Below, in pieces: positions 39,714-49,327 of a stretch of 64,000 bases of DNA (positions are counted from its first letter, which is position 1; every line of letters begins with the position of its first letter). The notes beneath the pieces were generated by a model, which was not told where the DNA came from, did no database searches, and saw only the letters and a list, made by a program, of their open reading frames with translations. Origin of the DNA: a virus. Location of the stretch: positions 55,720-119,719 of IMG/VR virus record IMGVR_UViG_3300032294_002363. One strand, given 5' to 3'. The position numbers and the translations under genes were made by a program.

Positions 39714-40101
39714 TGGACGCGGAGAGAATTGAACTCTCGTCTTTTAGAGAATTTAAATTAAAATACTACAAGTTTATTTCTTTTTATTTTTAGCTTTATA
39801 TAGAAAAAGAACAAACATACTCAGCGATTTTATTTTGAATACTAAACCTATAAAGAATAAAAAAACTTTATAAGAGAAGACATCTAATTACGCAATTATC
39901 CATTAGATGTGTCATGGTAATCACGCTGTAGAACTTAGGCTACAGAAGCGGTCTCCTCAACTAGAGAGACTCTAGCAGAGATATGACCTTTGTATTTAGC
40001 TGTTTTGGCAGTTAATACTTTTAAGGCTTTTTAAAGAGACCCACCTAAACCTCTACCTGCATTTTAATTTCGATTCCTAAAATCGAAACCAGTACGCGCC
40101 C
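39714..40101 (-). ncRNA. ssrA: tmRNA (one-piece, 388 nt)
   Basis: Acceptor GGGCGCG/CGCGTCC-A with G3.U70; 5' GTACTGGTTTCGA; T-arm GAGAG-TTCAATT-CTCTC; pk1-like element; tag ORF AKTAKYKGHISARVSLVEETASVA-stop with the stop in a CTGTAG/CTACAG hairpin. Confidence 0.92.
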
Positions 40102-40131
40102 AATGAGAAAGAACTTGTGTTATTTTACACA

Positions 40132-40341
40132 TTATAAGGCTTTTAAAAGTTTTTCGCAATCTTTTTTATAAACAAAATTAAATTTAATTCTTGCACCATT
40201 TATATCTGAAATTAATTGAGGTATTGCAATACAAGGATACTCATTAGGTTCGTCATAAATATTACCATTATCTATATTATAATGCTTAACACATTTTTGA
40301 GAGTAAACCGACCATCTAGCTTTATTCTTTATTATTTCCAT
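40132..40341 (-). CDS. Hypothetical protein (probable start MEIIKNK at 40341)
   Basis: The longer track start would overlap an opposite-strand promoter. Confidence 0.55.
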   Translation of the reverse strand: MEIIKNKARWSVYSQKCVKHYNIDNGNIYDEPNEYPCIAIPQLISDINGARIKFNFVYKKDCEKLLKAL

Positions 40342-40362
40342 TTTACATATTATAAAAAAAAT

Positions 40363-40391
40363 TTGACAAAAAAGCAAATGTATTCTACTAT
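40363..40391 (+). promoter_or_regulatory. Sigma70-like promoter TTGACA-N17-TACTAT
   Basis: Perfect -35, 17-nt spacer; points into a non-coding structured region. Confidence 0.65.
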
Positions 40392-40442
40392 AATTAGACA
40401 TAGCTTCCAATTAGAGCAGTTTGTTGATGTCAAATAATCAAC

Positions 40443-40644
40443 TATCAATCCTTGAGATAGCAACGTCCCAAGGGCTGACGACTATTAAAACCTTCTTTTG
40501 TACATTATATGGCTTTTGAAGGAAATGTAGCTATAGGCATCGCAGAATGTAGTGGTTGAAGCTACCTCTGACCCATAAGTGCGATGGCCCGTTTATCGCT
40601 GAGATCGTGATAAATTTGGAGTCAAAAGAAAAGTTGGATTGATA
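40443..40644 (+). ncRNA. Candidate structured ncRNA (unassigned family)
   Basis: Closing stem TATCAATCC/GGATTGATA; internal helices CCTTG/CAAGG, CCTTC/GAAGG, CATCGCA/TGCGATG, TTTATCGC/GTGATAAA; GC above background; upstream promoter. Confidence 0.55.
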
Positions 40645-40726
40645 ATACTTAACTTCAGATATATAAAATCTGGAGGTAAAGCCCTTTTGGATATCAAAGA
40701 AAAGTTAAATAATTAAGAGTATCGTA

Positions 40727-41242
40727 TTAATACCAAACTTCATTATGTATTATTCTTAATACTTTAATCCAATCTTTTAAGTGATAAGATATCTCTTCTT
40801 TTTCTGAATTCTCAAATCCATTTTTTGCTATATTATAATAAATATTTTCTGAAGGATAGCATCTTCTCGTTTTATGCAAACTTTTATAGAAAAAACCAAG
40901 AAATACTAATACTGACTTTGCAGTATCTTCATTTTGCTCTAATGTAAAAAAATATTTATTCTGTAATGGATATTCTATTAAATCATAAAATTTAGTTCCG
41001 ACTGTTTCGGATACGTATTCTTTTTCTTCAAATGAATAATTTAAATTTTTACTATATTTTATAATTGTTAACTCTGCAAAAACTGGGAAACTAATATCTG
41101 TAATTCCATCTATATCCTCTTCAGATACTTTATCTAAAATTTCTGGAAGACAATCTGGATCTTGTAAAAGTAGAAAGGTTTTTTCTGGTGATAACCCTAA
41201 TTTCTTTGCAAAAAAATCTATATCTCTTTCAGAAACCGTCAC
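40727..41242 (-). CDS. Hypothetical protein
   Basis: 171-aa ORF. Confidence 0.6.
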   Translation of the reverse strand: MTVSERDIDFFAKKLGLSPEKTFLLLQDPDCLPEILDKVSEEDIDGITDISFPVFAELTIIKYSKNLNYSFEEKEYVSETVGTKFYDLIEYPLQNKYFFTLEQNEDTAKSVLVFLGFFYKSLHKTRRCYPSENIYYNIAKNGFENSEKEEISYHLKDWIKVLRIIHNEVWY

Positions 41243-41263
41243 ATTAACTATTACAGTTAATTT

Positions 41264-41596
41264 TTATTTTTTATTCATCAAATATTGTTGAATTGTTTCA
41301 AAATTACGATCAAGTTTAGCTTCTATTCTATCAAAATAAGCCTCAAATGATTCTTTAGTTACATAAGTTGTGCTAACTTTTAAAGCTAAATCTGCTATTT
41401 CTTGTTGATGTTTACGACTCTCTAATTCTACTTCTTTTCTTAAAGCTATAAAATCACTAAAAGTTTTATCATTTAAATCTTTAATAAGCTTTTCTTGGCG
41501 ATCAGATATAGAAAATACTCTAGTAAAAAGCCATCCGCCTAAGAATGATAAGGCTCCTATAACAAGATTAAATACTGTTGTAATATCTAAATTCAC
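41264..41596 (-). CDS. Membrane protein with coiled coil (holin-like)
   Basis: N-terminal TM LVIGALSFLGGWLF; GTGTAA at 41605-41610. Confidence 0.45.
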   Translation of the reverse strand: MNLDITTVFNLVIGALSFLGGWLFTRVFSISDRQEKLIKDLNDKTFSDFIALRKEVELESRKHQQEIADLALKVSTTYVTKESFEAYFDRIEAKLDRNFETIQQYLMNKK

Positions 41597-41635
41597 ACAT
41601 ATATTTACACTTATAGATTATGTTTTTTATATAAA

Positions 41636-41836
41636 TTATGGTAAAGTTGCGTTATTATCGCTTGGAGTATTAGATAGCTCTATAGCCATAGCATGAGAAG
41701 GCAAAAGCTTCCTATAATGATTTAAAACATGCTGATAATACTTACATTCTACTTGTCCAGCTAGTCTATTTAGTATAGCTTCGCACTCTTTAATTGTAAG
41801 TTGGTTTACTTTCTTTTTCTTTTTAATTTCGCTCAC
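41636..41836 (-). CDS. Hypothetical protein
   Basis: 66 aa; GTGTAT at 41845-41850. Confidence 0.55.
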   Translation of the reverse strand: MSEIKKKKKVNQLTIKECEAILNRLAGQVECKYYQHVLNHYRKLLPSHAMAIELSNTPSDNNATLP

Positions 41837-41862
41837 ACTATATAATACACTTTTGTATTATA

Positions 41863-42927
41863 TTATAGCTTCATATCTCCAAAATCATCATCAGATATAT
41901 CAGTTTTTCTTGCACCAATCTTGTAAGTTGAAATTTCTGTTTCTTGTGGAGCTACTTGCACTTTACTACTATCAAGATAGCTATCCAACCAACCAGCAAT
42001 AGGGTTATCTTTTTGATTAAAAATTTTCTTATATCCTAATGATCGCAAACGAGCATCACATAACCATTTAGAATAACCACCAAGAACCTCTGCATTTAGA
42101 CCTAGTAAAGAACCTTTACTAAAAAGATATTCTGCCCATTCGATTTCATTTTTAGCGGCTTGTTCGTAGAAGGCATATACTTTGTCTTCACTTTTCTTCG
42201 CAATAGATGTAAAACCTTCCTTATCTTCTTCTTTAAGAATTTTAAGTAGATTTTGAGTCGTAGCAAAATGAAGAGCTTCATCTCTTTGAATAAACTTAAT
42301 AATCTTAGCGTTGCCTTCCATTTTACCACGATATCCAAAATAAAAAGAACAGGCGAATGAAACATAAAATACAAGACCTTCCATAACATTAACCGAAAGA
42401 ATACAATCAAATATCTTTTGTTTTAAATCTTTTTTATCATCATCACCAAGTATTTTATCAAAATTATTTCTAATCAATTCTGCACGAGATACAATTTCTT
42501 TATCTTCCATAATACTATCAAAGAATTTACTTGCATCTGGATGAACATTATTAAGAAGATAAGAATAAGAATAACTATGTATTCCTTCAAATCTTTGCCA
42601 AGTGTTCATGCATATTTCAAGTTCTGGATTACTTACATAATCTTTTAAGGAATGGATACTTCTTGAAAGCATGCTATCGCCAAGAGTTTGGAACTTTAGA
42701 TTAGTATCAAATACAAATCTTTCTTGACCAGCTAACTCTTTATAATCACTACGATCCTTATTAAGGGCTATTTCATGAGGCCACCAGAAAAATTCTTCTT
42801 GCTTTTTAAATAACTCAAAAAAGATAGGATATTTAAAACGATCATATCTTTGAAGATTCAGATCTTCGCCAAAGAATAGTGGTTGTTTTGTATAGTCTAT
42901 ATTTTTTAAATTTAAAACGCTTTTCAT
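41863..42927 (-). CDS. nrdB: Ribonucleotide reductase class Ia beta subunit
   Basis: FWWPHEI, EGIHSYSY, MEGLVFYVSFA, RDEALH, VAPQETE. Confidence 0.96.
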   Translation of the reverse strand: MKSVLNLKNIDYTKQPLFFGEDLNLQRYDRFKYPIFFELFKKQEEFFWWPHEIALNKDRSDYKELAGQERFVFDTNLKFQTLGDSMLSRSIHSLKDYVSNPELEICMNTWQRFEGIHSYSYSYLLNNVHPDASKFFDSIMEDKEIVSRAELIRNNFDKILGDDDKKDLKQKIFDCILSVNVMEGLVFYVSFACSFYFGYRGKMEGNAKIIKFIQRDEALHFATTQNLLKILKEEDKEGFTSIAKKSEDKVYAFYEQAAKNEIEWAEYLFSKGSLLGLNAEVLGGYSKWLCDARLRSLGYKKIFNQKDNPIAGWLDSYLDSSKVQVAPQETEISTYKIGARKTDISDDDFGDMKL

Positions 42928-42930
42928 AGG

Positions 42931-45186
42931 TTATAGTTTACACGCACCAGAAGAACAATCGCGATCCTCTTTTTGGTTCATTAGTTGTTCTTTATCACCA
43001 TCATCTGTATTATTGTAGTAAAGACTTATTAATCCAAGAGAATACGCTTGCATAATTTCTTTCATTACTTTAGCATCTGGAAGAACATTGTTTTCATAAT
43101 GAGAATAATTATAGTATACATTAGTTGATATAGCCATATCAATATATTTTTGAATAATTGCATTAATCTTTAACAAACCAGAATTATCTTTTAGATCATA
43201 TGCTAATTCATAATTTTTATCATATTTACCAATTCCTGGAACTAATACTGGAAGTTTACCCATTTTGCTCATTTTATAAGTAATCAAACTACGAATTGGT
43301 TCTACGCCATTAGTAGAAGATTGAATTACAGAGCTACTTTCGCATGGCATACAAGAAGATAATGTAGAATGTCTTAGTCCAAATTCTTTTATATCTTTTC
43401 TTAGTTTTTCCCAATCAAGAGATAATTTTCTTTTACATAATTCATCTACTTTGTCTTTATATGTATCAATTGGTAAAATACCTTTAGAGTATTTTGTTCT
43501 GTCGAATTTTTCGCATTTACCTTTTTCTTTAGCAAGTTCCAAACTAGACTTCAAAAGGTAATATTGAAAATGCTCCATCCATTCGTCAAGAATTGGTAGG
43601 CTTTTATCAGATGCATATTTTAACTCATTCTTAGCAAGATAAGCGGCTAAGTTAGTTATACCTATTCCAAGACTGCGACGTTTTTTAGCAAAATTTTCAG
43701 CAGCAATATTAAAGTAATCTTGAATTTCAATGATTTCATCAAGAAATCTTACGATAAGATCGCAAGTCTTTTCAAGATCTTGCCAGTTTTTAATTTCTAG
43801 CATATTAACTGCCGAAAGAATACACATTCCGATTTCACCATTTTTATCATGATAGTCATTCAATGGAATAGTAGGATGAATAACTTCAGTACAAAGATTA
43901 CTCATAGTTACTTTATCTAACCAAGCTCCATGATTATTCGCATGATCTATATTAAGAATATAAATTCTACCAGTCTCTACCCTTTCTTTAATAATTAAAG
44001 AGAATAATTTACGAGCTGAAACTTTCTTTTTAATTTTTAGCTTTTTAGTTTCACATTCTTTGTATACTTTATCGAAATCTTTTGTTCCCCAAGCTTCGTA
44101 TAATTCTGGAACTTCAGCTGTATTAAATAGAGTAATTTCTTCATCTTTAAGAACTCTATCATAAAATAATTTACTCATTCCAACTGTATAATCTAGTTTA
44201 CGAACACGATTATCATCTGTTCCTGCATTATTTTTTAATACTACGATATCTTCTATTTCATAGTGCCACCATTGAATATTACAAGTCGCGCTTCCACCTC
44301 TTAATCCATTTTGTTGCCAAGCTTTAACACTACTCTCATAGATTTTTAAAAAAGGAATTAATCCTGTATGAACAACTTCACCATTTTTAATTGGAGAACC
44401 AATAGCTCTAATTTTAGAGACATCAATTCCAATTCCGCATCTACTTGCAGTAGCCATACTGACAGCAGTAGCACTAGCTGTTATACTATCTCTACTATCA
44501 TCCACACCAATTAGACAGCAACTTGCATAATTCTTGCTTGGAGTTCTTACTCCAGCCATTACAGGAGTTGGAAGATTAATTTTATGTTTACTTATTGCAT
44601 CATAAAATTTACGAACATAATTTAATCTAGTTTCTATAGGATAATTTATAAAAGCATAAGCTGCAATTAATATATATGCAAATTGTGGAGTTTCATAAAT
44701 TTTACCAGTCACACGGTCTTTGATAAGATACTTATCGCATAATTGTTTAACTCCTGCATATGTAAAATTATAATCTCTTTCATGATCAATGAATTCACCC
44801 ATTTTATTTAATTCATCTTCATCATATTTTTCTAAGATGATTGGATCATATAATTTATTTTTTAAACCTTGATTAATAAACTCTAGTAATCTAGGAGCAT
44901 GCTTGCCTTTCCAGACATCTTTTCGTAATTGATAATTTAAAAGTCTTCCAGCTACAAATTGATAATTTGGTTTTTCTACTGAAATTAAATTAGCAGAAGA
45001 TTCAATTAGTAGTTTATGTATTTCTTTTGTGGAGATTCCTTCGTGAATATTTATCTTAGCATTTATTTCAATGTCTGTTAGACTTACATCATTTAAGTTT
45101 TCTATCGCCCACTTTATTACTTTGTGAATTTTATCTATGTTAAACTTTTCTGAACTACCATTTCTTTTTTTTACTTTTATATTCAT
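42931..45186 (-). CDS. nrdA: Ribonucleotide reductase class Ia alpha subunit with ATP cone
   Basis: VKKRNG ATP cone, PTPVMAG, SCCL, SNLCTE, MPCESSS, C-terminal CSSGACKL. Confidence 0.96.
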   Translation of the reverse strand: MNIKVKKRNGSSEKFNIDKIHKVIKWAIENLNDVSLTDIEINAKINIHEGISTKEIHKLLIESSANLISVEKPNYQFVAGRLLNYQLRKDVWKGKHAPRLLEFINQGLKNKLYDPIILEKYDEDELNKMGEFIDHERDYNFTYAGVKQLCDKYLIKDRVTGKIYETPQFAYILIAAYAFINYPIETRLNYVRKFYDAISKHKINLPTPVMAGVRTPSKNYASCCLIGVDDSRDSITASATAVSMATASRCGIGIDVSKIRAIGSPIKNGEVVHTGLIPFLKIYESSVKAWQQNGLRGGSATCNIQWWHYEIEDIVVLKNNAGTDDNRVRKLDYTVGMSKLFYDRVLKDEEITLFNTAEVPELYEAWGTKDFDKVYKECETKKLKIKKKVSARKLFSLIIKERVETGRIYILNIDHANNHGAWLDKVTMSNLCTEVIHPTIPLNDYHDKNGEIGMCILSAVNMLEIKNWQDLEKTCDLIVRFLDEIIEIQDYFNIAAENFAKKRRSLGIGITNLAAYLAKNELKYASDKSLPILDEWMEHFQYYLLKSSLELAKEKGKCEKFDRTKYSKGILPIDTYKDKVDELCKRKLSLDWEKLRKDIKEFGLRHSTLSSCMPCESSSVIQSSTNGVEPIRSLITYKMSKMGKLPVLVPGIGKYDKNYELAYDLKDNSGLLKINAIIQKYIDMAISTNVYYNYSHYENNVLPDAKVMKEIMQAYSLGLISLYYNNTDDGDKEQLMNQKEDRDCSSGACKL

Positions 45187-45267
45187 AAGACTCGATGTGA
45201 GTGTGAATCTTATATTACATTGATTTTAGTTTATAAGAAAGAAAAAACTAAAAAGTTATAAACAATT

Positions 45268-45615
45268 TTAATCCAAATGACTTTTTGGGTGTACTTTACC
45301 TTTTCTTTTTTTAGACCAATCTTCGTAATACTTCTTTTTTACTGGATCTTGACCATAAGTTTTTGATCTTTTTTCTGATAACTCTTTGCTTTGATCCCAA
45401 AGATCTCCAACTGAACCTTTCTTGTTAGATGTAATTCTAGCGAAATCTTTTTCTGTAGAAGACTCGGTTAATTTATCAAATGTATTTACTTGAGGTACAG
45501 TAAATATTCTATTCCACTTAATTCCATCTTCTTCGTATTCATGGGTATCATGAATGCTTTGAAGTATTTCTTTAACTTTTCCAGTTTTAGGATTTTGGTA
45601 TAAGTATACTGGCAT
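45268..45615 (-). CDS. FmdB-like small protein lacking the zinc-ribbon cysteines
   Basis: MPVYLYQNPKTG..EILQSI resembles MPxYxYxCxxC with no Cys. Confidence 0.45.
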   Translation of the reverse strand: MPVYLYQNPKTGKVKEILQSIHDTHEYEEDGIKWNRIFTVPQVNTFDKLTESSTEKDFARITSNKKGSVGDLWDQSKELSEKRSKTYGQDPVKKKYYEDWSKKRKGKVHPKSHLD

Positions 45616-45621
45616 ATACTA

Positions 45622-46707
45622 TTATACTGCAATTTTTAGGAAATTATTAATAAATTTTTCAGAAGAGAATTCATCTTGAAGTTTTAGTCCTTCTTGATTA
45701 ATTTTATTTAATCTTACTTTTTCACACGCTAATTCGCAAGCATTAATAAAATCATTTGCATCAAAATCAAAAATATTTCCTTGATTGAATGGTGTACCTC
45801 TATGAAAGAACATATTATCATAAACTTCAATTTTTGCATTTGGTTTTACAAGAGTGCAGTTCTTTTCATTAGCCCATTCTTTATAAGCGTGAGCATTTAA
45901 GATTACTCCATGTTTTCCAATTGCTAATGATTGAAATTCTGGTAATCCCCATCCTTCTCCACCACTCATTCCAATTATAATATCTCCACTATTCAAGAAA
46001 TCATTATAAAAACTATTCTTTTGCATATGAGTCAAGAAGGATATATTAAAGAAATTTTGTCCTTCTAATATTGACGCAAATAGTTGTTTATTATCTTCTT
46101 CTTTTAAGAATGGATTATAGATAGCACATTGTAAATGATATCTTCGGTCATTACCAAATCGTTTTAACCAATTTTGTATAACTTTCTTATGATGTTTTCT
46201 TTTCTCTAATTTACCTACAAGATTAAATACTATTCTATCATCATCAAAATATTTCTTATCTAATCTTTTGAAGTTATACTTATCAAAAGCTAATGGCAGA
46301 TATTCTACATTAGAGCATCCATAATTCTTGAATACATCAATAGCATGTTTAGAACTAAAGACTAATTTATTTTGGTTCTTCGCAATATTAATTTCTTCTT
46401 TAGTTGGACTATCTAACTCATAGAAAGAAAATAAGATTCTATTATCAGATACAGACTCTAGTGAACCATTAAGATGCCAAAGCTTAAAGCAAGTATCCTT
46501 TCTATTTACTTTAGATAGATGATCACTAGACCTCTCTTTTATAAAATTTAAAAAATCATTCTCAATATCTTGAGAAGATAGATCAAAATTATTACCAATA
46601 GGTAATAAATTAAAATCTACTTTTTTATTAAAAAGTTCTCTAACTAATAGAGTTGATACTTGCCCAAAACTTACCGAATTAATCGGTACATTTAAAGTAA
46701 AACTCAT
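45622..46707 (-). CDS. Glycosyltransferase (GT4-like)
   Basis: SFGQVS, VGKLEKRKH, SGGEGWGLPEFQ. Confidence 0.8.
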   Translation of the reverse strand: MSFTLNVPINSVSFGQVSTLLVRELFNKKVDFNLLPIGNNFDLSSQDIENDFLNFIKERSSDHLSKVNRKDTCFKLWHLNGSLESVSDNRILFSFYELDSPTKEEINIAKNQNKLVFSSKHAIDVFKNYGCSNVEYLPLAFDKYNFKRLDKKYFDDDRIVFNLVGKLEKRKHHKKVIQNWLKRFGNDRRYHLQCAIYNPFLKEEDNKQLFASILEGQNFFNISFLTHMQKNSFYNDFLNSGDIIIGMSGGEGWGLPEFQSLAIGKHGVILNAHAYKEWANEKNCTLVKPNAKIEVYDNMFFHRGTPFNQGNIFDFDANDFINACELACEKVRLNKINQEGLKLQDEFSSEKFINNFLKIAV

Positions 46708-46991
46708 AGAATGTCATCTTCGTCCTCTTGAACAACCTTCTTTTGAGTTACTGGCTTTTGTGCTACAGGCTTATTAGCATTTACTTTCTTATTCTCCAAT
46801 GGCTTAGATACATACAATCTGTAGTCTGGAGCCTTTTCGTTTGTCTTTTTACTATTAGCAAAAACTACAACATCAATTCTCTGACCGTCATGATCATTAA
46901 TATAACCAGACAAGAATGACATTCCAGTTTTGCTCTTCTTTTTCCATAGTGCGCCCAATTCATTATTATTTTTATTATTATTGTTTTCCAT
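46704..46991 (-). CDS. DUF736-like OB-fold protein (putative SSB)
   Basis: LGALWKKKSKTG..FLSG..KAPDYRLY, acidic tail EDEDDIL. Confidence 0.65.
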   Translation of the reverse strand: MENNNNKNNNELGALWKKKSKTGMSFLSGYINDHDGQRIDVVVFANSKKTNEKAPDYRLYVSKPLENKKVNANKPVAQKPVTQKKVVQEDEDDIL

Positions 46992-47005
46992 ATTTTCTCC
47001 TATTT

Positions 47006-47605
47006 TTATATTATATCTGAGTTTAAATCTGCTGTCAATTTATTTTTTAGGAAAACTCTTCCCTTTTCATGCAGATTTATAACAGTTTGAGTACTTACTT
47101 TTAGTTTTTTACCAATTTTACTCCAAGGTGTAGGTTTAGCTCCTTGAAAATATCTTAATTTAAATATCTTCTGTATTCTATCATCTTTAATTCTTGAAAG
47201 AATAGAAAAGATTTGATCACTTTTTTCTTTTATCCTAGATAAATTATCATTAGACTTCATTTGATTTTTCTCTAAAAGAGATATAAGATTATCTTGATCC
47301 ATATTTAATGTATTATTCTTTTTATTTATACAATTTAAACAATAATATCTAGCTTGATTACCAAGCCAAGTAGAGAATTTTACATTTTTACTTGGATCGA
47401 AAGACATTACAGATTTATATAATACAAAAAGTTTATCTGAACTAACATCATTAGCATTAACTCCAAAGTCAATTAAATGTTTGTAGTATTTCTTTACTAT
47501 TTCATTATAAATGCCAGTATGTCTACTCTCTAATTCTCTAAGAGCATCATTATCATTTTCAAATTTGACTTTATTTATTAAGTCTATATCTTCTGTAAGT
47601 TTCAT
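47006..47605 (-). CDS. Phage sigma70-family RNA polymerase sigma factor
   Basis: Region 2 FDPSKNVKFSTWL; region 4 IFKLRY..WSKIGKKLKVSTQTVINL. Confidence 0.85.
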   Translation of the reverse strand: MKLTEDIDLINKVKFENDNDALRELESRHTGIYNEIVKKYYKHLIDFGVNANDVSSDKLFVLYKSVMSFDPSKNVKFSTWLGNQARYYCLNCINKKNNTLNMDQDNLISLLEKNQMKSNDNLSRIKEKSDQIFSILSRIKDDRIQKIFKLRYFQGAKPTPWSKIGKKLKVSTQTVINLHEKGRVFLKNKLTADLNSDII

Positions 47606-48155
47606 ATATTTCCTCTATATTCTTATCGTATAAATTATACAGCATATCAATATTATTCTCTGTACACCATATTATTTTATAATCTGCAAGCTCAGAAAGT
47701 ACTTTGTCATTCTTTGCTTCTTCTTCATTAGCAGGTAAAATTATTTTTCCATTTTTTACTCTAGAAACGTGAATCATAATTCCTTGCTTTTCTTTTTTTA
47801 GCCAGAAATATTCATCTTTCTCATATTCTTGATATCTTATATCGGTTATAATTGGTAAAAAATCTTTTTCATTTATTTTACTGTTTAATAATTCAATCCA
47901 ATATCTACCTTGAGTCTGCATTCTTTTAGACTTACCATAAGCTACCATAATAGGTCTTATGAGTTCTTTCTCTTCTAAATTTGCAGTATATATATCAATA
48001 TTAAATCTTTGAATAATAAAGTCTCTTAGATCATGCTTTAAATTATCAGCAAGAGCATATCTTTTAGTTTGTACATTTAATTGTTTTAATTTTTTTTCAA
48101 TTAAATTATACAATGTGTCTTTTCCAGACCTAGCTACTCCTGTAATGCCTATCAT
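47571..48155 (-). CDS. Deoxynucleoside monophosphate kinase
   Basis: IGITGVARSGKDT, RYALADNLK, IITDIRY. Confidence 0.85.
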   Translation of the reverse strand: MIGITGVARSGKDTLYNLIEKKLKQLNVQTKRYALADNLKHDLRDFIIQRFNIDIYTANLEEKELIRPIMVAYGKSKRMQTQGRYWIELLNSKINEKDFLPIITDIRYQEYEKDEYFWLKKEKQGIMIHVSRVKNGKIILPANEEEAKNDKVLSELADYKIIWCTENNIDMLYNLYDKNIEEIYETYRRYRLNK

Positions 48156-48162
48156 CTATACT

Positions 48163-48228
48163 ATAATAAAACAAAATATAATTAAAGTCAAGTTAAAACT
48201 TGACTTAAAAAAATAAAAAGTATATCAT
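48163..48228. promoter_or_regulatory. Divergent sigma70-like promoter pair with back-to-back -35 boxes
   Basis: Minus: TTGACT(48191-48186)-N17-TATTAT(48168-48163); plus: TTGACT(48200-48205)-N17-TATCAT(48223-48228). Confidence 0.7.
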
Positions 48229-48231
48229 GTT

Positions 48232-48648
48232 TTGATGAGAATTTCTTTTGATGAGATGGCTGTAAAATTTGCAATCGCAGCATCAGAGAGATCAGAAGAT
48301 CCATATAAAAAAGTTGGATGTGCAGTCTTAAATAAAGAGGGAAGAGTACTAAGCATAGGATATAATGGCTTAACAAGTAAAAAAGATACTTGTCCTCAAT
48401 TTTGGGAAGACAGAGAACATAGAAGGAACTTCGTTATTCATGCAGAGACTAATGCTTTAGCTTGCATATCTAGATATGATAAACCATATTTGATAGCTAC
48501 AAGTTTACTGCCTTGTAGTTCTTGTGCAATTAATATAGTTTCTCATAGTATTAAAAAAGTTATATATTTAGAAGATTATAAGAGAGATGAGAAGGCTATA
48601 GATATATTTAAATTTTATAATATAGATCTAATTAAATATAATATATAG
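48232..48648 (+). CDS. dCMP deaminase
   Basis: KVGC, GYNG, HAETNAL, PCSSCA. Confidence 0.9.
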   Translation: MMRISFDEMAVKFAIAASERSEDPYKKVGCAVLNKEGRVLSIGYNGLTSKKDTCPQFWEDREHRRNFVIHAETNALACISRYDKPYLIATSLLPCSSCAINIVSHSIKKVIYLEDYKRDEKAIDIFKFYNIDLIKYNI

Positions 48649-49002
48649 ATGTCTGATATATATTTTACATTTATAAATATTTTCCTACTTGTAGTATGGT
48701 TTAAGACAGAAGCGTTTATTGAATATAATAATATAATTAAGATATTTAAATCAATCTTTAAGGTAAAAGAGTATGATATGTTTAGGAAAGAGAATCCAGA
48801 TATAGACTATAATACTTTTCTGCTAATAAGATATAATTCATTCTTTACTAGATTAATAAGTTGCCCAATATGCTTAAATACATGGTTTTGTATACTATCA
48901 ATTCCATTTATACATAATATATTTAATATATTTTTGAATTTTTCAGTATCTCTTATATTATATTTTATAATAGGTATACTAATAAAGAAATATGATAACT
49001 AA
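48649..49002 (+). CDS. Membrane protein with CPIC motif (DUF1360-like)
   Basis: RLISCPICLNTW within hydrophobic segments. Confidence 0.45.
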   Translation: MSDIYFTFINIFLLVVWFKTEAFIEYNNIIKIFKSIFKVKEYDMFRKENPDIDYNTFLLIRYNSFFTRLISCPICLNTWFCILSIPFIHNIFNIFLNFSVSLILYFIIGILIKKYDN

Positions 49003-49285
49003 AGAATTTAATATAAATACATTTAGTATTTTTATAAGAGATCATATAAAACCAGACAATCTTCTCAGTTTATTTAATGAAGTAGTTGCTTATTATGATG
49101 CTTCTCTTGGCGGATGCTCATGTTCAAGGAAAACTAGAGAAAACTATGCAGAATCAAAATTTATAAAAATAATAAATGAAGTACCTAATGAAGTATTTCC
49201 TCTAATAAAAACAATTATATCTACTGAAAATCCAGTCATTTTAGAATTTAAAAATAACTCTGGAGAAATATTTAAAAAAATTTAA
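48992..49285 (+). CDS. Hypothetical protein (GGCSC motif)
   Basis: 97-aa ORF overlapping the previous gene. Confidence 0.55.
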   Translation: MITKEFNINTFSIFIRDHIKPDNLLSLFNEVVAYYDASLGGCSCSRKTRENYAESKFIKIINEVPNEVFPLIKTIISTENPVILEFKNNSGEIFKKI

Positions 49286-49292
49286 TTTTCAA

Positions 49293-49321
49293 TTGACTTG
49301 CTTTTAAGTTTGTATTAGAAT
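49293..49321 (+). promoter_or_regulatory. Sigma70-like promoter TTGACT-N17-TAGAAT
   Basis: Directly upstream of the IMPDH/GMPR gene. Confidence 0.65.
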
Positions 49322-49327
49322 CTATAA

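Noticed and set aside
39314-40101. Prophage attachment site at the tRNA or tmRNA
   Set aside because: No integrase, no duplicated 3' fragment and no shift to host-like genes on either side.
40474-40625. Group I intron or RNase P RNA
   Set aside because: A GACTA resembles the P7 strand but a convincing partner, the P/Q elements and flanking exons are lacking; RNase P GAGGAAAGUC and P4 consensus are absent.
9619-45186. Inteins or introns in dnaE, dnaB, recA, nrdA and nrdB
   Set aside because: Lengths are normal and no Cys/Ser...His-Asn splicing motifs or LAGLIDADG inserts were seen.
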